Below the pieces are notes generated by a model that did not search any database, was not told where the DNA came from, and worked only from the letters and a program-made list of their open reading frames with translations. DNA of 64,000 bases from the IMG/VR virus record IMGVR_UViG_3300032053_000002, positions 124,001 through 188,000 of that record; one strand, written 5' to 3'. Below, piece after piece: positions 16,214 to 24,311 of this stretch. Within the stretch, counting starts at the first letter, position 1. Each line of letters starts with the position of its first letter. The translations under genes were made by a program, and so were the position numbers.

Positions 16214-17284
16214 TTACTTTACGGGTTGAATATTTACGAACGGAACCGCGCCACCAGTAACTTGTGGCAAAATACCATTCCAAGTTTGAACCGCTTGCCA
16301 TTGAATTAATGCTTGTGTTAAAGACGCATTGACGATTCGATTAGCTTCAGCTTGTCCTTTCGCCACGTTAATAAGTGATTGAGCCGTACCTTCAGAAGTT
16401 TTAATCTTCTGTTGTGCTTCCGCATCAGCTTGACGAATCTTATTTTCGGCTTCGATAGCACGCTGTGTTGCTTCAATAACGGCGTTAATACTGGCCTTGA
16501 CCGTTGGGTCAACGCGCATTTCGCCGACAAACCCAATCATATCAAACTTAAATCCCTTCGGCTCAAGATCCTTCACAGCTATTTCTTTAACTCTATCAAG
16601 TAGTTCTTGTTTTCCCGCTCCAAAAATAGCCGTAACTTTCATACTTGAAGCAATACGATTAAAATAATCCCTAATTTTTGAACGAACATAAACACGGGCA
16701 ATGTGTTCGGGGTCTTGACGATATTCAACGAATAAAGATGGTACTTTTTCAGAAATATATCCAAACGATACGGCTATATCTGTATTGATAACAGCACCTT
16801 CGATAGAATTAAAAGTAATGGCTTCGTCGGTTGGCGACCCCTCGTTAAGGTCTTGTGTCCATACCCAGTTTTGTAAAAATGTCGGGAATTTGTAAACATC
16901 TTCGGTAAATGGGTTTAGCCAAACACGACCGGTCATCAAAGGAAAATCTTCCACACCTTTTTGGGTGCCGTATTGGTTTACTTTGATTCCCACATAACCG
17001 GGTTCTACTTTTACGCAACCATTTAAAGTAAGAAAACAAAACGCGATAATCATTCCCAGCATGAAAATCTTTTTGACTTCTTTCACTAAAAAGATGCCCC
17101 AAAATACTGCGGCGAAAATCATAAGAACCAATATCACCACACCGACTAAAACGGCAATGGAGCTCGGTTCACTTATCATTTCGCCAACACTTTCGAATAC
17201 CCACATAAATGCGAAGATACCGAAAATAATCAGCGCAATGGCCTTGAGAGTCGCAGAGACTCTCGGGTTCATGTTAAATAACAT
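16214..17284 (-). CDS. SPFH/band-7 (prohibitin-like) protein with extra N-terminal TM segment
   Basis: KVEPGYVGIKVNQYG, band-7 core and AIEA/ADAEA coiled-coil tail; internal lipobox-like LNGC. Confidence 0.85.
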   Translation of the reverse strand: MLFNMNPRVSATLKAIALIIFGIFAFMWVFESVGEMISEPSSIAVLVGVVILVLMIFAAVFWGIFLVKEVKKIFMLGMIIAFCFLTLNGCVKVEPGYVGIKVNQYGTQKGVEDFPLMTGRVWLNPFTEDVYKFPTFLQNWVWTQDLNEGSPTDEAITFNSIEGAVINTDIAVSFGYISEKVPSLFVEYRQDPEHIARVYVRSKIRDYFNRIASSMKVTAIFGAGKQELLDRVKEIAVKDLEPKGFKFDMIGFVGEMRVDPTVKASINAVIEATQRAIEAENKIRQADAEAQQKIKTSEGTAQSLINVAKGQAEANRIVNASLTQALIQWQAVQTWNGILPQVTGGAVPFVNIQPVK

Positions 17285-17297
17285 GGTTTACCTCCTG

Positions 17298-17555
17298 TTA
17301 GTTATTGTTTATAGTTATTGTTCTTTTGCCTTCTTCAAGGTTTTTTATTCGTTTATGAAGTTCAAGTATACTGTCGTTTAATTTACCATTTTGTGTTATC
17401 GTGCCATTTACGAGATCCAAAATATCGTTGCTTTGTTTAAGAATCCATTTATCATTTTTGTAAATGCGGATTCCCAGAACAACCATATATATAGTCAATC
17501 CGATAATTATACCATATAATAAACTTAGCATAAAATTACTTTCTTTTTCTTGCAA
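17298..17555 (-). CDS. Membrane-anchored coiled-coil protein
   Basis: One TM helix then a heptad-like region. Confidence 0.65.
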   Translation of the reverse strand: MQEKESNFMLSLLYGIIIGLTIYMVVLGIRIYKNDKWILKQSNDILDLVNGTITQNGKLNDSILELHKRIKNLEEGKRTITINNN

Positions 17556-17565
17556 AACATATCTA

Positions 17566-17817
17566 TTAATTCATCGTATTAAATTTTTTAATAAGTAATT
17601 CTTTACGTTCTCCATCAATTTCTTCTTCATGTTTCAATATCAAATCCATCCTCGTGTATTTTTTCACTATTTCTTCTTCGGTTAAGGAATTCGGGTATTC
17701 TTCCGCAAGAACCAATAAAGTAATTTTTTCGCTCTTGGTTAAAGAATACCAATTTTTATCATTTACGAAATTTTCGATAACTAATTTATACCCACCGTGC
17801 ATTTTTAATCTCCCCAT
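17566..17817 (-). CDS. Hypothetical protein (possible winged-helix)
   Basis: LTKSEKITLLVLAEEYPNSLTEEEI. Confidence 0.6.
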   Translation of the reverse strand: MGRLKMHGGYKLVIENFVNDKNWYSLTKSEKITLLVLAEEYPNSLTEEEIVKKYTRMDLILKHEEEIDGERKELLIKKFNTMN

Positions 17818-17819
17818 TA

Positions 17820-18095
17820 TCAGATTGAAAAACTTGCAATCACGTCTTTCAGTCTTGCTTCAAACATATCATTTTTTATTCTTTTTTTCTTATCCGGCAT
17901 AATCCAGTTAAGATGTTTCCCGGTAGTGTTGCCCCAAATATTCTCGGAGCAAATCAGCCCATGATGAGAAGTGCTAAATGCGACAGGTGTACTGTACGAG
18001 AAATAGACCGACAGATTGCCGATAGAAACTATTAACGTATGAGCACCATAGTTACTGGTTGAGTATTTTCCGTAATTTTCAATTTTTGGTAACAT
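17820..18095 (-). CDS. Hypothetical phage protein (YFSY.TPVAF...TTGKHLN motif)
   Basis: 91-aa ORF; motif recalled from phage hypothetical proteins. Confidence 0.7.
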   Translation of the reverse strand: MLPKIENYGKYSTSNYGAHTLIVSIGNLSVYFSYSTPVAFSTSHHGLICSENIWGNTTGKHLNWIMPDKKKRIKNDMFEARLKDVIASFSI

Positions 18096-18125
18096 AAAAT
18101 TATAACCTTTTACTTTTTATGATGT

Positions 18126-18353
18126 TCAATTTAGATTGTTATTATTACTTGGTTGCATGGTTTTAATAAAAATATTATATTTCTCTTCGCCTAAAATTAA
18201 ATATAAAACCGAATGAATTGCTTTATTTTTTTCATCTTCACTGTATTTTGTGGCGTCAACTCCGGTCGATTCGAAAATTTCGTAAACCACTTTATGAAAT
18301 CGCTCATATTGGTCAGTCGTTTTTAATGATTTTTCTATTTTTGATAAATCCAA
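18126..18353 (-). CDS. Hypothetical protein
   Basis: 75-aa ORF after promoter P8. Confidence 0.6.
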   Translation of the reverse strand: MDLSKIEKSLKTTDQYERFHKVVYEIFESTGVDATKYSEDEKNKAIHSVLYLILGEEKYNIFIKTMQPSNNNNLN

Positions 18354-18386
18354 TTCACTTTCCTTTTTTATTATAATATACTATTA

Positions 18387-18414
18387 AATATACGAAATAT
18401 AATTAAAAAGTCAA
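18387..18414 (-). promoter_or_regulatory. Sigma70-type promoter P8
   Basis: TTGACT-16 bp-TATATT. Confidence 0.6.
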
Positions 18415-18722
18415 GGTTTATTTTTGTTTCTCATAATATAATTTTTCGCCCATATGAACGCATCGGCGCTTGAAGCATATCCGACACATTCGAATAAAAT
18501 TTGTTCCCATGAGTGTTTGCGAGTGTCAATCACTTGCCATACGTTGAAACGTGCTTTATAATAGATGATAAGGTTTTCAAACTGATAACGCTCGTCGTTT
18601 AACGCAACTATCAGACGCACTTTTTCCGACTCTACTCGTTTTTCGTCGATGTGATTTAATTTTTCACGGCGGCGTTCTTTTAAACCGTACTCTATTTTCT
18701 TCTTATTATTATTACTTACCAT
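18411..18722 (-). CDS. Hypothetical protein
   Basis: 103-aa ORF. Confidence 0.65.
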   Translation of the reverse strand: MVSNNNKKKIEYGLKERRREKLNHIDEKRVESEKVRLIVALNDERYQFENLIIYYKARFNVWQVIDTRKHSWEQILFECVGYASSADAFIWAKNYIMRNKNKP

Positions 18723-18885
18723 TTTTATTCTTGCCTCCTACCCAAACTTTGAAAACATACGCCGTAAGTGCGATAATAATTCCCGCAAATCCCCAATTTG
18801 AATCTAGTGTTAGTACCATAAATAACGCGCATATCAACGAAATAAAAATTAAGATTCCGCTGACTATAAGTTTTAATGGCTTCAT
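18712..18885 (-). CDS. Small 2-TM membrane protein (57 aa, not in ORF track)
   Basis: Manual translation MKPLKLIVSGILIFISLICALFMVLTLDSNWGFAGIIIALTAYVFKVWVGGKNKNGK. Confidence 0.6.
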   Translation of the reverse strand: MKPLKLIVSGILIFISLICALFMVLTLDSNWGFAGIIIALTAYVFKVWVGGKNKNGK

Positions 18886-18985
18886 AACTTTTTTCTTTTA
18901 TTTTATTTTCATATTGGATATTTTTATTTTAATTTTTAACTTTATGTATAGTATTTTCATATAAAATCCCCCGGCCTTCTTTTTG

Positions 18986-19153
18986 TTATAGGTGACAGTA
19001 TCCATCATCGATTAACGATTTAGCAGTACGACCATAAAATCCCTGTAATTGCCATACCACTCCGGAATCAATCATCTTCTGAAATTCGGTGATGACTTCA
19101 TCTTCAGTCGCCTCACCATTTTCAAAACGTAAAATAAAATCTAAATTCGGCAT
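18986..19153 (-). CDS. Small phage protein, WQLQG.YGR motif (55 aa, not in ORF track)
   Basis: Manual translation MPNLDFILRFENGEATEDEVITEFQKMIDSGVVWQLQGFYGRTAKSLIDDGYCHL; GGAG RBS. Confidence 0.75.
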   Translation of the reverse strand: MPNLDFILRFENGEATEDEVITEFQKMIDSGVVWQLQGFYGRTAKSLIDDGYCHL

Positions 19154-19285
19154 TATTTTGCTCCTTTATTTTTTCTTGTTTTCATTCCACCACATCACAA
19201 ATTGTTTCCATACCCACTCTAAAAAATGATAGGCGACAATACAAATTATTATATCTATTAGGTATGACAGTACTATTCGCATATT

Positions 19286-19615
19286 TTATACGTGCTCTCC
19301 ATTATTCAATTTCCGGTATAACTCTTTTACCGTTATCGGCCTGAAATACTTATCTCGTTCAAGTCCGCAACCCGGAAAAATTTCTACGGACTCCAGTTCT
19401 TTTAGCGATATTGAACCCATTTCAGGCCCCACATCGTCAAACAGAATTGCCACTCCCCATAAATAATCGGAGTCTTTCGGATCCTGGTTCATTAGATACC
19501 AGGTCGCCCGACCGTAGGGATTAAAGATTTTGGCGACAACTTCCTGTTCGAATGACGAACCTTTTGGAAATTGTTTTTTTAATTTAGTCTCTAACTCTTT
19601 GGTGAGTAACTTCAT
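19286..19615 (-). CDS. DUF2958-like protein
   Basis: VVAKIFNPYGRATWY...PEMGSISLKEL...GLERDKYF; start set at MKLL. Confidence 0.7.
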   Translation of the reverse strand: MKLLTKELETKLKKQFPKGSSFEQEVVAKIFNPYGRATWYLMNQDPKDSDYLWGVAILFDDVGPEMGSISLKELESVEIFPGCGLERDKYFRPITVKELYRKLNNGEHV

Positions 19616-19748
19616 TTGCCTATTCCTTTTTGGTTTTTGTTTTAACAACCGGTTTTTTAACTTCCGCCAACCACGTTTTAGTCGCGTCAGTATTTTTACG
19701 AACCATAACTTCTAAGCAATGCATTTTGTATTCTCCTTGTTATACTCT

Positions 19749-19777
19749 AATATACGAAATTTAAACCTATTTGTCAA
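19749..19777 (-). promoter_or_regulatory. Sigma70-type promoter P9
   Basis: TTGACA-17-TATATT. Confidence 0.75.
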
Positions 19778-19793
19778 CTGAATAAATAAATAG

Positions 19794-19934
19794 TGCCTGG
19801 AGGAGGAGTTGAACCCCCGACCATCCATTCGGGCAAATCTACTAAGGATGGCTTCTCAGTAGGCGATTCTACTTCAGTCATTTGCCAACCGAAATATATT
19901 CTTTTCCTACCTACCCGCTCCGGCGGTTCCGGGC
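19794..19934 (-). ncRNA. 141-nt tRNA-shaped non-coding RNA of unknown class
   Basis: Acceptor-like GCCCGGA/TCCAGGC, D-like hairpin CCGC-CGGA-GCGG, T arm GGGGG-TTCAACT-CCTCC, large structured insert in place of the anticodon arm; own promoter. Confidence 0.6.
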
Positions 19935-19961
19935 ATAATAAATTGTTTTTTATCATACCAG

Positions 19962-19990
19962 AATATACAACTATTTAAAGTAACAGTCAA
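19962..19990 (-). promoter_or_regulatory. Sigma70-type promoter P10 (for the tRNA-like RNA)
   Basis: TTGACT (19990-19985)-17-TATATT (19967-19962). Confidence 0.75.
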
Positions 19991-20039
19991 GTGGTATTTT
20001 GATTATTTTTTTGAAATGGTATACGAATGTACACCAGTG

Positions 20040-20570
20040 TTATTTTTTAAGTTTTATCTCTTGTATAATTTCTCCAGTATACGGGTCATATAGATATTCC
20101 CGTTTTTTTCCGGTCAAATTTCCAACAGTATAAAAATTACAATTATAACAGATCAGTGTTAGATTTTCTAGTTTATAGTTTGTTTTGTCACCATCATTAA
20201 ACCCGAGCAATAACGGTGTTCTACCATCCACTATTCGTTTTTCATTGAGTCCACATATAGAACATTTTTCTTCGACCATTAATTCGGCGATTATTTGGTC
20301 TCTGAAACGGGTAGTATTCATTTTTTTACCGTTATATTTTCCTTCGAGCGTCGCTTTGAATCGTTCCCTAGAGAACCCCCGAAACTTTACAGTACCCTTG
20401 CCACTTCTATTTTTTCCACCACATTCAAATATACCATAACTCTTCGCGACTTTCTTGAACGTATTATAACTAATATGGAGATAGCGAGCCGCATCCATAT
20501 ATGAATGCGTTTTATCGATTGCATCTCTTAATGTAACTTCTGATAATTCGATTAGTGGTCTTCCAGTCAT
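20040..20570 (-). CDS. HTH plus degenerate HNH-fold protein
   Basis: AARYLHISYNTFKK HTH; CSIC...LGFNDGDKTNYKLENLTLICYNC with the catalytic His absent. Confidence 0.65.
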   Translation of the reverse strand: MTGRPLIELSEVTLRDAIDKTHSYMDAARYLHISYNTFKKVAKSYGIFECGGKNRSGKGTVKFRGFSRERFKATLEGKYNGKKMNTTRFRDQIIAELMVEEKCSICGLNEKRIVDGRTPLLLGFNDGDKTNYKLENLTLICYNCNFYTVGNLTGKKREYLYDPYTGEIIQEIKLKK

Positions 20571-20878
20571 TCGTTTTCCTCATTTTGTAAATTATTCCAT
20601 AGAACAATGGCTTTTTTTATTGTTTCGGATTTTTCTGATTCTTTTCCGCATTCTATACAACATATGGAAACCAAAGTCGGCTCACCGACATATATGTTTG
20701 GTATAAGTTTATCATTCCCGCACTTGCAAGGAACTGTATTCTCGTACACTTCATTTCCCCTGCCCGCGATAAGGTTTTTTATATTTTTTGCTTCCTTTTC
20801 TAAAGCGCTTGGTATTCGGAGAATTTCCTTGCCGAGTCTTTTTTGATTTTCTTTTGCTATTGTCTCGTTTGTATTCAC
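20567..20878 (-). CDS. Lar-like (restriction alleviation) zinc-ribbon protein
   Basis: PCKCG...CIECG...KKAIVLWN. Confidence 0.55.
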   Translation of the reverse strand: MNTNETIAKENQKRLGKEILRIPSALEKEAKNIKNLIAGRGNEVYENTVPCKCGNDKLIPNIYVGEPTLVSICCIECGKESEKSETIKKAIVLWNNLQNEENE

Positions 20879-20904
20879 CTATAAAAGCCGCCATAATTTT
20901 TCTC

Positions 20905-21702
20905 CTATTTTTGTTTTCCTACCCAAATATAAGTATCACCTTTGAATTTAAGAGTCTTATGCTCAGAAACTTCAAATTTTGTTTTTAATAAGTCTAATAA
21001 ATAATACTTTCTATCACAATCATCTTTACTACGATTTTCAAAAATATTCATAGTCAAATAAACGTTATTCGAATACGAAAGTATGGAATCGAAGAAAAAC
21101 TTTGTAGCCGAAACATTCATTTCGGATAAACAATAATCACTGATAGTCAAATAACTTTCTTTTTTTTCGACACTGTCAGACGAATTAAATATAACATTGT
21201 TTAAATTAAATTTACTCAGGTATTTTTTAGATAACTCTATTGCTTCAGGCATATCAACCAATCTATACGAATTAAATTTGTATACGCAACTAGTTATTAG
21301 GCATTGACCACCATATGCAGAACCTATTTCGGTTATATCTTTATTATTTAAGTCGCCAAAATGTTTTCCTAAATCCCCAACAACTTTTATATAGCGCGTT
21401 GTATTTGGCGAAAATTTACCGAATTTTTCATATTCGTATATTGGAGGAGAACCATGTATATCATTCTTTCTAAACTCGTCGAAGTGATTTATTAAATATG
21501 GATATTCTTTTTCAATATAGGTAAGGAATTGTTTTCCTCTTTCAATTCCATGGCTATCACACCCAACAATTTGTATGTATTCTCGTAATCTTTTAAATGA
21601 TGAAAATGTTTCTTCATTTACGGCGGCTTCCTTACAAATTTTTGTATATGGTTCTGCGAATCTTCGTTCAAGCATCCAATGTCCCTTTACTGTGATAGTC
21701 AT
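20905..21702 (-). CDS. Putative sugar O-methyltransferase
   Basis: SAM motif ITEIGSAYGGQ; RY..VVGDL; LVDMPEA. Confidence 0.7.
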   Translation of the reverse strand: MTITVKGHWMLERRFAEPYTKICKEAAVNEETFSSFKRLREYIQIVGCDSHGIERGKQFLTYIEKEYPYLINHFDEFRKNDIHGSPPIYEYEKFGKFSPNTTRYIKVVGDLGKHFGDLNNKDITEIGSAYGGQCLITSCVYKFNSYRLVDMPEAIELSKKYLSKFNLNNVIFNSSDSVEKKESYLTISDYCLSEMNVSATKFFFDSILSYSNNVYLTMNIFENRSKDDCDRKYYLLDLLKTKFEVSEHKTLKFKGDTYIWVGKQK

Positions 21703-21703
21703 T

Positions 21704-23317
21704 TTAATTATCCTTCTTTAATTTGCTTACTAAAAGTTTCAATTCATAAAAATATAAAAAATCAATTTGAGTTTTTAAAAAACATTCGATGGCATCTTTT
21801 GGAGTTTCAACAATAGGCTCTCTATCGTTAAAACTGGTATTCAATATTAAAGGGATTCCGGTTTTTTCTTTCCATTTTTTTAAAAAATTATAATACCATT
21901 TATTGTCTTTTTCTGTTACGGTTTGTATTCTCGCCGAACCGTCTGCGTGAACTACTGCCGGAACTTTGTTTTTCATATCTTCTTTAAATTTAACAACGAT
22001 AGACATATATGGACTGTCTACATCTCTAACAAACCAATCTTCTACGTCTTCTCTCAAAATACTCGGAGCAAAAGGGCGAAACCACTGGCGATGTTTTACT
22101 TTTTCATTTACTTTATCTTTCATTTTTATGTCGCGAGGATCGGCAAGAATACTTCTATTTCCCAGTGCTCTTCTTCCGGTTTCAGATTTTCCACCATATA
22201 CGGAAATTATTTTTTGGTTATTCAATAAATCAATGGCTTCTTCATCATTTGAATTCCGTGATTCGATGTTGCTATATTGTTTAATAGATTTAAAAACGTC
22301 CGAATCAGGATAAGAATACCCCAAATACGGAGTGAAATTATCTTTCCAGAATATTCGAGGATTGTTGTTGATATGATGCCAAAAGTATTGAGCGGAGCCG
22401 ATGGCGCACCCAGAATCAGCTGGGGTTGGTGATACGTATATTCCGTCAACGTTGGGAAACCAATCATAAAGTTTCCCGACCATAACGGAATTAAGAGCCA
22501 CCCCTCCGGCCAAGCATAAGAATGTTGGGTTGTATTTTTCAATATAGGGCGACAATGTTTCTCGAATTAAAATTTCTGTATATTTTTGAAGCGCCGCGGC
22601 GACATCAAATTTATATTGCTCATTCTGCTGTATAAGTTCTCGAAGTGCTTCACGCGATATAGGAATTTCTTGAGTTACATTTTTGAAAAATCTTTCCGGG
22701 TCTCCAAACGCAGACATTGCCATAACCGTTCCTTCCTGAGATCCAATCGGATACCCGACAGACAACCCGAATACCTGACTCGTATATTTCTGCCATATCT
22801 CTCCGATATTTGGGTCTCCCTGAAATATTTTGATGGGGTATATTTTATTATCCACACCTGCCCAAATAGTAAATCCGGAAACTTGTTTACAAATACCACC
22901 GTCTTCGCCATTATGAAATTCGTCGCCACCACCATCCATCGTAATAATTAACGCATTTTTATAATTGGAAGAAAAAAACGCATTCGCTGCATGAGATTTA
23001 TGATGCCCAATACCATAACTGGGATTAGTTCCCGGGTCTCCATAAAAGTTAGCTATTTTTTCAGCTTTTTCATACGTATCAGGGTATCGTTTTTTAATTC
23101 CGCCGTGCCATGTCATAACAGGATGAGTAAATGCGTTTATATCACTATAATATGGATATACATTAAACATGAATTCAATAGAATCGGAAACTTTCATCTT
23201 CTCTCGCGAAAATCTTTCCAACTCGTGATGAACGGTCGGTATTCCATTTTCTAATATTGCAAATGAGCAATCATGCCCGCTAAGAAGTCCGCATATTTTC
23301 ATTTCTTTTATCTCCAT
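21704..23317 (-). CDS. O-carbamoyltransferase (CmcH/NodU/TobZ family)
   Basis: GHDCS, HHKSHA, GGVALN, GRRALGNRSILADPR, RPFAPS, LNTSFN. Confidence 0.92.
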   Translation of the reverse strand: MEIKEMKICGLLSGHDCSFAILENGIPTVHHELERFSREKMKVSDSIEFMFNVYPYYSDINAFTHPVMTWHGGIKKRYPDTYEKAEKIANFYGDPGTNPSYGIGHHKSHAANAFFSSNYKNALIITMDGGGDEFHNGEDGGICKQVSGFTIWAGVDNKIYPIKIFQGDPNIGEIWQKYTSQVFGLSVGYPIGSQEGTVMAMSAFGDPERFFKNVTQEIPISREALRELIQQNEQYKFDVAAALQKYTEILIRETLSPYIEKYNPTFLCLAGGVALNSVMVGKLYDWFPNVDGIYVSPTPADSGCAIGSAQYFWHHINNNPRIFWKDNFTPYLGYSYPDSDVFKSIKQYSNIESRNSNDEEAIDLLNNQKIISVYGGKSETGRRALGNRSILADPRDIKMKDKVNEKVKHRQWFRPFAPSILREDVEDWFVRDVDSPYMSIVVKFKEDMKNKVPAVVHADGSARIQTVTEKDNKWYYNFLKKWKEKTGIPLILNTSFNDREPIVETPKDAIECFLKTQIDFLYFYELKLLVSKLKKDN

Positions 23318-24311
23318 TTATCATATAATATTTTTTCCAATATTCGATCATTTCATCTAACATTTCTTCAAATGTTATTTCCGGTTTCCAACCCGTAGCA
23401 TTTCTTAATTTGGTCGAGTCTCCCCGTAGTTCATTTAGTTCTTCAGGTCGTAAATATTTTTTATCAATTTTAACATAATTTTTCCAATCCAATCCTAAAG
23501 ATGCAAATACATATTCGAGCAATTCCTTAACTGAATGAGATACACCGGTGGCACAAACAAAATCATCTGGACTATCTTGTTGTAAAATTAACCACATGGC
23601 TTTGGCATAATCTTTTGCGTGTCCCCAATCTCTTTTTGCATCAATATTTCCGAGGACTAACTCGTTTTCCAATCCAAGTTTTATTTCTGTAGCTCTCTTA
23701 ACAATTTTATTAGTGACAAAATTAGTTCCTCGAACAGGCGATTCATGATTAAATAAAATTCCATTTGATGCGAATAATTTATATGAATGTCTATAATTTC
23801 TTGTAATATTATACGCAAATAATTTCGAGCATCCGTATGGACTTACTGGATTTTTTGGCGTTGTTTCTCGCTGAAATCCATCACTATCAATATTGTTTCC
23901 AAACATTTCGCTTGAGCTCGCCTGATAAAATTTCGCGTTAGGAGTGATTAATTTAATGGCTTCTAATAAGTTCAACGTTCCTATCGCATTCGTCTGTGAC
24001 GTATAAATAGGTTGGTCGAAACTTATTCTAACATGAGATTGCGCCGCGAGATTATAAATTTCGTCGGGCCGTGAATCTTGTAATACACGAATTAGCGAAG
24101 ACATATCCGTCATGTCACCATAAACAAGTTCTAATTTTTTATGTAATTCTTTTTTAAACAGATCTTGTAATCTAGATGTTTGATTTTCGGCGACAGAATT
24201 TCTTTTTACTATTCCCCAGACTTTATAATTTTTTTCTAATAAGAATCTCGCTAAATAGCTTCCGTCCTGACCACCGGCACCAGTGAGGAACGCGACTTTT
24301 TTTATTCTCAT
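23280..24311 (-). CDS. gmd: GDP-mannose 4,6-dehydratase
   Basis: TGAGGQDGSYL, YNLAAQSHV, QASSSEMFG, SPYGCSK, FNHESP.RG..FVT.KI. Confidence 0.95.
   Translation of the reverse strand: MRIKKVAFLTGAGGQDGSYLARFLLEKNYKVWGIVKRNSVAENQTSRLQDLFKKELHKKLELVYGDMTDMSSLIRVLQDSRPDEIYNLAAQSHVRISFDQPIYTSQTNAIGTLNLLEAIKLITPNAKFYQASSSEMFGNNIDSDGFQRETTPKNPVSPYGCSKLFAYNITRNYRHSYKLFASNGILFNHESPVRGTNFVTNKIVKRATEIKLGLENELVLGNIDAKRDWGHAKDYAKAMWLILQQDSPDDFVCATGVSHSVKELLEYVFASLGLDWKNYVKIDKKYLRPEELNELRGDSTKLRNATGWKPEITFEEMLDEMIEYWKKYYMINGDKRNENMRTS

Noticed and set aside
19794-19934. Canonical tmRNA, tRNA-Sec or standard tRNA
   Set aside because: No G3-U70 pair, too short for tmRNA, no 7-nt anticodon loop with U33 and no UCA anticodon
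19774-19956. 60-aa minus-strand ORF over the tRNA-like RNA
   Set aside because: No RBS (it would be leaderless), Pro/Gly-rich sequence expected from GC stems, and base-pairing explains the region better; not fully excluded
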